Shown: positions 24,701 through 31,017 of the stretch, one piece after another
How positions within the stretch are numbered: the stretch's first letter is position 1
Layout: each line of letters begins with the position of its first letter
Source of the DNA: a virus
Taxonomy: Duplodnaviria > Caudoviricetes
Direction: 5' to 3' (one strand)
Length of the DNA stretch: 31,017 nt
IMG/VR virus record: IMGVR_UViG_3300031519_000138
Span: 1-31,017 of that record
Program-made: the position numbers and the translations under genes
Notes under the pieces: model-generated
The model's input: the letters and a program-made list of their open reading frames with translations, nothing else
Database searches by the model: none
What the model was told of the DNA's origin: nothing

Positions 24701-27452
24701 GACTAGCCCTATTGAGTCTTTCACGGATTCTACAGGGGTAACTACAGATATACCATACAGATTTTTATCCTCTTATGAGATTCAGCATGATTTTAAAGAA
24801 GCAGCTGGGCTTAGTAACTTTAAAACAGAAACTGTTTCAGGGGTCTCTAACTCTATGTCTATTTCTGGAGTTTCCGAAGGTTTATATACTGTTAGGGCCA
24901 GAACGGTTAATGACTTAGGTGTAAAGTCACCTTGGACTACTGTTAGAAGATTCGTATCTTTAAGTGCTGCAGGTAATAGAAGAATTAACTCTATTGCAGT
25001 AGGAGGAGTTTTATCTGGCGATAGCTTTTCTACTAGTAGTACAGACCCAGGCGATTCTATAGTCAGACTAGCTGGTAATGCTTATTCTTATTCTGCCCCT
25101 TCAGGGGAAGAATTTTCTTTTCTAAGCACTGCGGGTGTTGAGGCTACTCAGGAGGATTTTGGCGCACTGGCTTTAGATGCAGAAGCTTACCTATACTTTG
25201 ACGCTTCGGGAGCCGAGGAGAGCCCTCCGCACCCCTGGAAAGCTGTTCAAATTTATACCGATGAAATCGTTAGGGGCACTAACAATATATTATTAAACAG
25301 ACCTTATATAGTTCCTTTAGGATATGTAAATAATGGATTAGTTAGTACTTCTGGTACTGTGTCTACTACGGAGTCTAGCTTTAGCCTTATAGGAGTTGGC
25401 ACAGTTTTTACCACCGAATTTGCCGTGGGGGACTTAATAAAAGTATCCCCTGAAGCCGCTGCCGGTACTGAAAATCTAGCCGCAGAGTATAGGACGATAA
25501 CTTTTATAGAGAGTGATACTAAACTTGAAGTTAATACTGCTTTTCTAAGAACCCAGCCTGGAATTTTTGCTTTCTCCCAAGAGTTTAAGCCTAGCATAGA
25601 AAGAGACGCTATCCTTGGTAAAGTCAATGCTTCTTCTACTAGTCCTAGTACTTATACTCTACAGTTATTTATAAATGGCAAAGGGCCTATTGGGGACAAC
25701 GGACAGAACGTAGGTATTATTGCTACGGACTACTCTATTGTATATAATGGAGAGGGATTATCTCCGGAGTTTACGGCAAGTACCGCTGATTCTACTTCTA
25801 TCGGAATAGAAACTAGATCTAGTACTATACTAGCCCCAGAATATAATTATAAGCTAAATGGGGTTGACGTTACCTTTCCTGCTTTTACAACTAACCCTTT
25901 CTACCTCTATACAGTACCCGCTACTTGGACTCAGGGAGGAGATGTTATTGAGGTTAATGTTAGAAATATAGGAGAGGTCTCTATCATTCTGAAGGATGCT
26001 CTATCTATAGCTAGAGTTAAACAAGGTTCTGGAAACTTAGGGGGAGTTATTACTAACCCTAGCCAAACTATTAGTACTGACTATGGTGGCAGGGTTTTTG
26101 AAACCAATTTCCCTAATGCTTCAGGCGAGTGGGAACTATTCTTTAGCGGAGAAGATATTACAGACCAAGCAACTTACTCAGTGGTTGGGGGTACTTCAGC
26201 CGCCGGTCTTAGTACTAAAACCCAAAATGGTTTAACTATTAAAGTGGATGAAGCTAATGGAGAGTATGACTTATTTCAATTAGACAAACCTACGTTAATC
26301 TCTATCTCAGCCACAGTAGGAGGTGCCTCTAGTGTTTACTCGGTAACTCCTAATAAAACTGCAATGATAGAAGGGGAAACCGTTGCCTTCGCAGTGAGTG
26401 GTCCAGCTAGTTCAACGGTATACTTAGAGTGGGCTCACGTCACTACTCAAGATGCTGATTTCACTCCTACTACTCCTACTGGTACTTCTAGGGAAACGAT
26501 TAATCTAAGCGCTGGAGGAACGGGCACTAGTGCAACGTACACTTCTGTTATAGACTTTGATAACTCGAATCAAACTTTCTTTGTGAGACTTTATGACGCA
26601 GCTACTAATGGTAATATAATATCTTCCTCCGAAGTAGTAACAGTAACTGGGCAATCGTATAATTTTAGTATTAGCAGTTCCAGCCCTACAGAAGGCGATA
26701 CTCTTACTATACACTTAGAAACTAATAATACTAATGTTACTACCATGTACTTATCTTTTGACTCTCCTGTGGGAGTTACTACTGCTGACTTTACGAATCC
26801 TAGTGTAGGCGCCGTAGCACCAATTTCTGCTAGACAACCCGTTACACTAGTGGCAGGCTCAGCAGACTACACCATTGATATAGCTGTTGATGCAACGGAT
26901 TCTGGAGAAAGTTTTGTTCCGGCAGTGTATTCTGCCCTAACCGGGGGTTCTCCTATCCATGGTTTTGGTACTGTGTCTATTACAGATACTGGCGCGCCCA
27001 CAGGAACTGCTCAACTAAATAGCACTAGTCCTTTACTCTGGATTACCGTGCCCGTTGACGGGAGCGTGGAAGCTGCAGGAGGTTCTTTACAGTTCTTGAG
27101 AAGTGGTGATATAAATGGAACAGAAGCATTTGTTTACTGCAGTTTTGGTTCAGCCGGTATTGATAGTGATGATTGGTGCCCTGTAGCTAGTAGAAGTTCG
27201 ACAGTAGGAGACGGATATGAAATTCGTTGGGAGCAAGTGGGTACTCTTTTCCCCGTAGCTTCAGCAAACTGGGCTGAATCGACTTATGCAAGCTTAGACT
27301 CAACTAAGAGTGTTAATGCTCCTACTGTATTTGGTAGCTACTACGAACCAGAAATGGAATCCATAGATATAAATATTAAAATTAGAAAAGTAGGCGCAGG
27401 CTCACCTGACGTAGATCAAACAATAACTCTCAGATCCACAGTAACATCGTAA
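21732..27452 (+). CDS. Tail tip / host specificity protein J (lambda gpJ-like) with FN3-like and Calx-beta-like C-terminal domains
   Basis: Motifs DLLSCGEIEGLV, NNPAWVYYDILT...YGLG, IARYCDE.V..G.GG.EPRFSCN and LLPGDVI.I.D, plus an FN3-like segment (~24606-24936). SD AAGGA at 21722-21726. Confidence 0.95.
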   Translation: MTIIEKQYGYIVDLLSCGEIEGLVGGLSGVYLNETSLLSGNKYNQLKGSSGKCSVSGTGVTDANGLFSEVNFTDGERYLQIIGAGPSDTIAANMKSGSSYITLASASTLEDKHFLNFTGTEATDASDWVKHLIRISGAGLNGAEYSGILVSRVESLGTQAVIYPPISADISIGAAVKIDEVIKLDSSVPTTPNTCTLVGSATTAIVQSPCRLSAAVQYASSTTPSLAYDNTYGFVKNGSRYQLPLNAFSGRGRGAPSASIIVGNGTELLRHSSAGGSQGDSVIQGGTLNFSQYSLEEIDAVVVAIEFPGGLRHNGREGESRNVYVEFQIVLEYTADTGGAPVTKQALIYGKDYGGAEFDSGVPSWASPSGNQSTLINFAANSYGYSGGRNSSGVVTRKGANSPFIKEFVINLDKYKPFTNWSIIVKRLSPEALGEYCPTDNTFIASAKIKNVQALIYDKFSYPLTAYGAVTFSAEDFQTPPKRAYHLRGKKIAVPSNYFPRDEVASVTAQYTRVKGTGLDAATYQTWDGSFRGDDTLSRDDINFRKVYCNNPAWVYYDILTNKDYGLGDFISPNEIDKYALYQIARYCDEVVDNGKGGQEPRFSCNVYLQKQTEAYKVLKDLASVFRGMTFWIDGQITPVQDRPKEPVYTFSSANVEGGVFNYTYTGSKSRVNQINVSWNNPEEFYKRTILTVEEIGEIAKSGKIVAKNIVAFGATSESQARRVAKWQMATLLNETEIVSFTTSINGAFLLPGDVINIQDKDDIGIEVSGRTAPNSTTNVINLDRSITYPGGVPGDCLLYLVYPEPGIFLAQESVTLNGQTYTRGALLLEDNGGNPISSLEDSINLLDGAGNEVITTYSKNTRVEVKDINGGLSASNQVTVIGAFSSVPNIDVIWAVGRKQDTTTQEIKEYRILGVQEDDNEYSISASNYYPQKFDEIDVDPPVYTTDYIPVSGRLDDVPSPTNISMEMSPEARTSSSGNATGQKVTISWTSPIESFTDSTGVTTDIPYRFLSSYEIQHDFKEAAGLSNFKTETVSGVSNSMSISGVSEGLYTVRARTVNDLGVKSPWTTVRRFVSLSAAGNRRINSIAVGGVLSGDSFSTSSTDPGDSIVRLAGNAYSYSAPSGEEFSFLSTAGVEATQEDFGALALDAEAYLYFDASGAEESPPHPWKAVQIYTDEIVRGTNNILLNRPYIVPLGYVNNGLVSTSGTVSTTESSFSLIGVGTVFTTEFAVGDLIKVSPEAAAGTENLAAEYRTITFIESDTKLEVNTAFLRTQPGIFAFSQEFKPSIERDAILGKVNASSTSPSTYTLQLFINGKGPIGDNGQNVGIIATDYSIVYNGEGLSPEFTASTADSTSIGIETRSSTILAPEYNYKLNGVDVTFPAFTTNPFYLYTVPATWTQGGDVIEVNVRNIGEVSIILKDALSIARVKQGSGNLGGVITNPSQTISTDYGGRVFETNFPNASGEWELFFSGEDITDQATYSVVGGTSAAGLSTKTQNGLTIKVDEANGEYDLFQLDKPTLISISATVGGASSVYSVTPNKTAMIEGETVAFAVSGPASSTVYLEWAHVTTQDADFTPTTPTGTSRETINLSAGGTGTSATYTSVIDFDNSNQTFFVRLYDAATNGNIISSSEVVTVTGQSYNFSISSSSPTEGDTLTIHLETNNTNVTTMYLSFDSPVGVTTADFTNPSVGAVAPISARQPVTLVAGSADYTIDIAVDATDSGESFVPAVYSALTGGSPIHGFGTVSITDTGAPTGTAQLNSTSPLLWITVPVDGSVEAAGGSLQFLRSGDINGTEAFVYCSFGSAGIDSDDWCPVASRSSTVGDGYEIRWEQVGTLFPVASANWAESTYASLDSTKSVNAPTVFGSYYEPEMESIDINIKIRKVGAGSPDVDQTITLRSTVTS

Positions 27453-27465
27453 AAAGGATACTTAA

Positions 27466-29652
27466 ATGACAACAGTAAATCAAGATGTAGAAACAACAGA
27501 TAGAATAGACATACTAGTAACGGCTAGTTCCGGAACCACTGTAGAGCCAGGAGCCGTAACTAACTGTGTTATTAACCCACAGTCTAGGGAGAACAGCCCT
27601 TTTACGTACTCTATTTCTGGTTTTTCAGGGAGTTCGTATACAGCAGACTTCACAGATGAAGTAGCCGGAGCCCTACAAGTCACGGGCTCTGTAGCGGCTA
27701 CAGGAGCCTGGACTTCAGATAAAGAACAGTTCACTCTTAGGGGAAACTACGGGACCAAATCCTTAGATTTAAAATATACGGCAGTTAAATCCAAAGATGG
27801 TCAAATAGGAGGAGACGGGTCAGATGGCCTTACAGGAGCGGGGGTAAATATTGTTTTTACACGTTCTGCTACAGATCCTGGGTCTCCAACCCCTACTCCG
27901 GGTGTTCCGACGAGCCAAGGCTGGTTTGACTCTCCGCCTGATGCCCTTGATAATAGTAAATTTTTATGGGCAAGTCAAGGGATTATTATTCCCCCCTCAA
28001 CCGATTATACGTGGGGAGCTACCTATAAGGTAGATGGCTCTGTTTTTGCCGAAGTAACTGTCTATAGAAAAAACAATAATACACCCCCCAGTGCAGCACT
28101 GACCTGGGATTTCACTACTAACACTCTAAGCGCGGGTAACTGGAGTACTAGCCTTCCTACTGTTGACACTGCTAATGATATTATTTATGCCTCCGTAGGG
28201 TTATTCAGTGGGCATCCTACGGATACTGCAACGGCGCTTGATGGTTCTTGGAGTGCTGTTGTTAAATATGCTGAAAGAGTTGATGGAGAGGATGGAGGTT
28301 CAGTAAACCTAGTGTTTTACAGAGGGCCAAGTAACCCCGGTGCACCTATCAGTACTACAGCCATTCCAGACGATACTGGTTTATCCCCCGTTGGAGTTCT
28401 ATGGGCCGATGATCCTCCCGCCACTGGAGGACTTTTATGGGTAAGTAGGGGTAATTTAACTCCGCCTAGTGCCGATTGGACCTGGGGAGTACCCTATCAA
28501 GCAGACGGAGAGGTCTTTGCGGAAGTAACAATCTACCGAAAAGGTAGTAATACGTTAAATGTAAACGACGGCACGTGGGATTTTACTACTAACTCATTGA
28601 CCCTAGCTGACTGGTCCACTGCGTTACCTTCTGTTAGTGGGAATGGTGATATTATTTATGCCTCTGTAGGTTTATTTGCCGGTAGACCCACAGATACTGC
28701 AGTAAGTCCAGAGTCGCCTGGATGGACTATTCCTGTTAAATATGCTGAAAGAGTTGATGGAGAGGAAGGTTTAAAGAGTCTTACTGGTCTAGTATACTTA
28801 ACTACCCCAAGTGCTGTCCTTCCCGGCACGCCTACAGCTACTAATTATGTTTTTAGCACTGTATCTTTTTCAACCTTAACGGCTAATTGGAGCTTAGAGA
28901 GACCCACTATAACCGCAAGTAATGCTAATAACTATTGGGAGTCTACATTCAATGCCAAGGAAAATACCTCCGCTAGTGATGTAAGCTCAAGCAGCACCAG
29001 TCCACCTAACTTAACCTTTTCTATTCCGGTTAGAGTGCAAGACGGCTTTGGAGACTCTGTTACCCAGAGTGTAGTAGATATTAACTCTGCCGCTACCAAA
29101 TGGGTGGGCGTAGACCTTATCACTTTTTCACAAGACTCCACGAATGCTCCTCACCCAAGATCTAGTACCGAGTACAAATATACTTATAACGCAACTACGG
29201 GAAATTTAGAATACGCAGTGGGCGCTTCCAATACAGATAAAGGCTGGACTACTACGATACATACTCTTCTAGCCGGTAGTACGGAGGTGGCGAGGATAAA
29301 AATCAGGCACATAGCAGAACCCTTTGAGTTTTCAGGAATCCAACAAACCGAGAAAGTAAAAAGTGTATATTACGAGTTTGAAGTAATAGGCTCTCCAGGA
29401 GCAACTTACTCTACAGAAAGCAACTATACAATAATTTTGGCTGCCAACAGCTTTACACAGTCTTGGGTAGGGGGAGGAAGTCCTGTTGCAAATGGATATG
29501 ATCAAATTCAAAGCTATGATACCGTTGCATTGGCAGGATACCTTGTATCTATAACACACACACCATCAAATGCACTTAAAACTATATTTGTATCCTTTTC
29601 GGGTATTGCAGATAGTCTCATAGTAGTAGAAGGGGAGTTAGGAGGAAAATAA
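27466..29652 (+). CDS. Putative tail fibre protein with a ~158-aa internal duplication
   Basis: 728 aa, SD AAGGA, directly after J. Domains are linked by short DG.DG collagen-like joints, and two tandem homologous units both end in VKYAERVDGE(D/E)G. Confidence 0.7.
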   Translation: MTTVNQDVETTDRIDILVTASSGTTVEPGAVTNCVINPQSRENSPFTYSISGFSGSSYTADFTDEVAGALQVTGSVAATGAWTSDKEQFTLRGNYGTKSLDLKYTAVKSKDGQIGGDGSDGLTGAGVNIVFTRSATDPGSPTPTPGVPTSQGWFDSPPDALDNSKFLWASQGIIIPPSTDYTWGATYKVDGSVFAEVTVYRKNNNTPPSAALTWDFTTNTLSAGNWSTSLPTVDTANDIIYASVGLFSGHPTDTATALDGSWSAVVKYAERVDGEDGGSVNLVFYRGPSNPGAPISTTAIPDDTGLSPVGVLWADDPPATGGLLWVSRGNLTPPSADWTWGVPYQADGEVFAEVTIYRKGSNTLNVNDGTWDFTTNSLTLADWSTALPSVSGNGDIIYASVGLFAGRPTDTAVSPESPGWTIPVKYAERVDGEEGLKSLTGLVYLTTPSAVLPGTPTATNYVFSTVSFSTLTANWSLERPTITASNANNYWESTFNAKENTSASDVSSSSTSPPNLTFSIPVRVQDGFGDSVTQSVVDINSAATKWVGVDLITFSQDSTNAPHPRSSTEYKYTYNATTGNLEYAVGASNTDKGWTTTIHTLLAGSTEVARIKIRHIAEPFEFSGIQQTEKVKSVYYEFEVIGSPGATYSTESNYTIILAANSFTQSWVGGGSPVANGYDQIQSYDTVALAGYLVSITHTPSNALKTIFVSFSGIADSLIVVEGELGGK
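27841..28770 (+). repeat. Diverged tandem duplication (period ~474 bp) within the fibre gene
   Basis: Repeated motifs FAEVT.YRK, TWDFTTN, DIIYASVGLF.G.PTDTA and VKYAERVDGE. A 33-nt identical patch occurs at 28260-28292 and 28734-28766. Confidence 0.85.
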
Positions 29653-30299
29653 TGAAAATATTAAATTCAAATAGCGGCTGTTACCTAACCGAAGTAAAAG
29701 AAACTTTTTCAGATGCGGAAACTTTAAACAGTATTTTTAAAGATTATTTATTCCGCAGGAATTTAAACTCTTGCTTGTCTATGTGTAGTATATCAGAACA
29801 AACTTTAAATGATGCTAGAATAGTACTTAGTCCTCCCCCTAGAATTAGCTCTGGGGTGTTCTTCTTGTGTAATTCTTCTGACGAAAAAGTAGGGGCAATT
29901 AATTTTACGTTTAGCGATCATGGAAGTACTAATACTACCTACTTAACTAAAGTGAAAGCGGTAATTAAAGGGTCTGAAAGAGGGAGGGGGTACTTTACAG
30001 AGATGTTTTTTCTTATCTCTTGGTTTGCAAATCAGTTCCTACAGTGCGATAAGGCTCAAGTAGGGGTAGTAGACACTGCACCTCAAGTAGCAAAAAAATT
30101 AGACGAAAGATCTATAACTAATTACGAAACTACCGATACTTCTAGTAATAGTACCGCTCCCTATGACTCCGTAGTACAAAAAAGCATAAACTTTACTGAT
30201 TATGCCGCCTCTTTTTCCTCAACAGACTGGGCTCCTTTCTCTTTAAAGATAGGAGAAACAACTGTATCAATTCCTACTAAAGGGATTGCGGGATTTTGA
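29652..30299 (+). CDS. Hypothetical protein with a GNAT-acetyltransferase-like motif
   Basis: 215 aa, TAATG-coupled to the fibre gene, SD GGAGG at 29641-29645. The segment VGAINF...AVIKGSERGRGYFTEM resembles the GNAT acetyl-CoA-binding motif A (R/QxxGxG/A). Confidence 0.5.
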   Translation: MKILNSNSGCYLTEVKETFSDAETLNSIFKDYLFRRNLNSCLSMCSISEQTLNDARIVLSPPPRISSGVFFLCNSSDEKVGAINFTFSDHGSTNTTYLTKVKAVIKGSERGRGYFTEMFFLISWFANQFLQCDKAQVGVVDTAPQVAKKLDERSITNYETTDTSSNSTAPYDSVVQKSINFTDYAASFSSTDWAPFSLKIGETTVSIPTKGIAGF

Positions 30300-30330
30300 G
30301 TACTGGTTTTAAAAACAAAAAGAAGGTAGA

Positions 30331-30372
30331 CAAAAAATAATTCTTGACATTGATCTACTAGGTTGTTATAAT
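30331..30372 (+). promoter_or_regulatory. Consensus sigma70 promoter with UP element and extended -10
   Basis: TTGACA at 30344-30349, 17-bp spacer, TG at 30364-30365, TATAAT at 30367-30372, and upstream CAAAAAATAATTC. Confidence 0.9.
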
Positions 30373-30428
30373 TTTCATATTCTTAAAGTTTCGTTCTAGA
30401 AACAAGTCATATCCGGAAACAAATTTTT

Positions 30429-30797
30429 ATGTCATACACAGCACGAGATCTATCTAATTTAGTTCGCGGAGATGATTGGACTATTAAACTAGTGGTTAAT
30501 TCCTCAGGGTCCGCTCTGAATATTACCGGCTACACATACTGGTTTACTCTGAAAAGTAACGTTGACGATGCAGACCCCGGCGATCTGCAAGTCTCTGTTG
30601 TCCCAGACGTCACGGGCAGCCCTACAGAAGCTTCGCAGGGCATAATTTATATTAAAGCTGGTAAAGCCCTGACAAATGCCTTAACTCCAGGAACTTTTAA
30701 CTATGATGTTCAACAAGTTGATGGAGCAGGAAATGTACAAACTCTTTTAATTGGAAAAGTGAAAGTAGTGAAAGATATCACTCGTAGTGTTGCGTAA
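30429..30797 (+). CDS. Small virion structural protein, BppU N-terminal-like beta-sandwich
   Basis: 122 aa with pattern RGDDW...NITGY...TLK...G.I.I....T..L..G...YDVQ...G.V.TL..G.V.V..DIT, typical of fibre/baseplate adaptor domains. First gene after the promoter; SD is weak. Confidence 0.65.
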   Translation: MSYTARDLSNLVRGDDWTIKLVVNSSGSALNITGYTYWFTLKSNVDDADPGDLQVSVVPDVTGSPTEASQGIIYIKAGKALTNALTPGTFNYDVQQVDGAGNVQTLLIGKVKVVKDITRSVA

Positions 30798-31017
30798 TGA
30801 CAGGTATAGCTTTTTATTATGAAGATTCGGATACGGACGTTTGGTCTGGCAAGAAGAATGACGCTTGGAACTACTCTCTAGTAGCTTCCGGCGGCTTCAC
30901 GGATGTTATAATTATTAATTTATCTGAGTCTACCCCTGAAGGTATTAATAGAGCTTTTTCCAGCACTGTAGTAACGAGCCTTACGGCAGCTACGGACTTG
31001 ATGACTGGCTCAATTGC
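30797..31017 (+). CDS. Hypothetical protein, 3'-truncated (MTGIAFYYEDSDTDVWSGKKNDAWNYSLVASGG...)
   Basis: The ATG overlaps the previous stop (TAATG, 30795-30799), and the frame stays open for 73 codons to the window end. Not in the supplied ORF track. Confidence 0.7.
   Translation, partial: MTGIAFYYEDSDTDVWSGKKNDAWNYSLVASGGFTDVIIINLSESTPEGINRAFSSTVVTSLTAATDLMTGSI

Noticed and set aside
26280-27699. Self-splicing intron or intein explaining the split fibre domain
   Set aside because: The region is fully protein-coding with Ig-like domains and a normal SD/ATG. No homing endonuclease, intein C/S...HN motifs or evident group I/II structure was seen.
442-29559. Numerous short minus-strand and alternate-frame ORFs in the track (e.g. 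1605-2036, 5595-5942, 6425-6868, 25304-25627)
   Set aside because: They lie wholly or almost wholly inside long, motif-supported + strand genes and show no recognisable motifs, so they are most likely shadow ORFs.
30300-30330. Terminator after the GNAT-like gene
   Set aside because: Only an AT-rich imperfect palindrome (GTTTTAAAAAC) is present, with no GC-rich stem followed by a U-tract.
1-31017. CRISPR array, tRNA/rRNA genes, integrase or transposase, contractile sheath or tailocin
   Set aside because: No spaced short repeats or RNA-gene-sized intergenic gaps exist (largest ~110-130 bp, both promoter-containing), and no such protein motifs were seen. The gene set is that of a non-contractile tail.

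Overview
This window is the tail morphogenesis region of a large siphovirus, and every credible gene is on the + strand. The tube part is T5-like: the C-terminal part of a pb6-type major tail protein, two tail-assembly chaperone ORFs joined by a -1 frameshift site (A AAT TTT, 1217-1223), and a 1546-aa tape measure protein. Two near-consensus sigma70 promoters are present. The tip is lambda-like (gpM/Dit, gpL, gpK, gpI, gpJ). Downstream are a fibre-like gene, a GNAT-like gene, a BppU-N-like gene and a partial ORF. The most unusual part is a ~12.4 kb block (6288-18723) between the tape measure gene and the canonical Dit gene. It is a tandem duplication of a two-gene module: a Dit domain fused to three Calx-beta/Ig-like domains plus C-terminal repeats, followed by a ~1490-aa Asp-box-containing putative receptor-binding protein. 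The phage therefore encodes three Dit paralogs. The two diverged giant genes share an in-phase 101-bp island with only 2 mismatches, a possible recombination or gene-conversion point. One fibre domain appears split between gpJ and the next gene. All family assignments come from motif recognition and synteny; no database searches were run.
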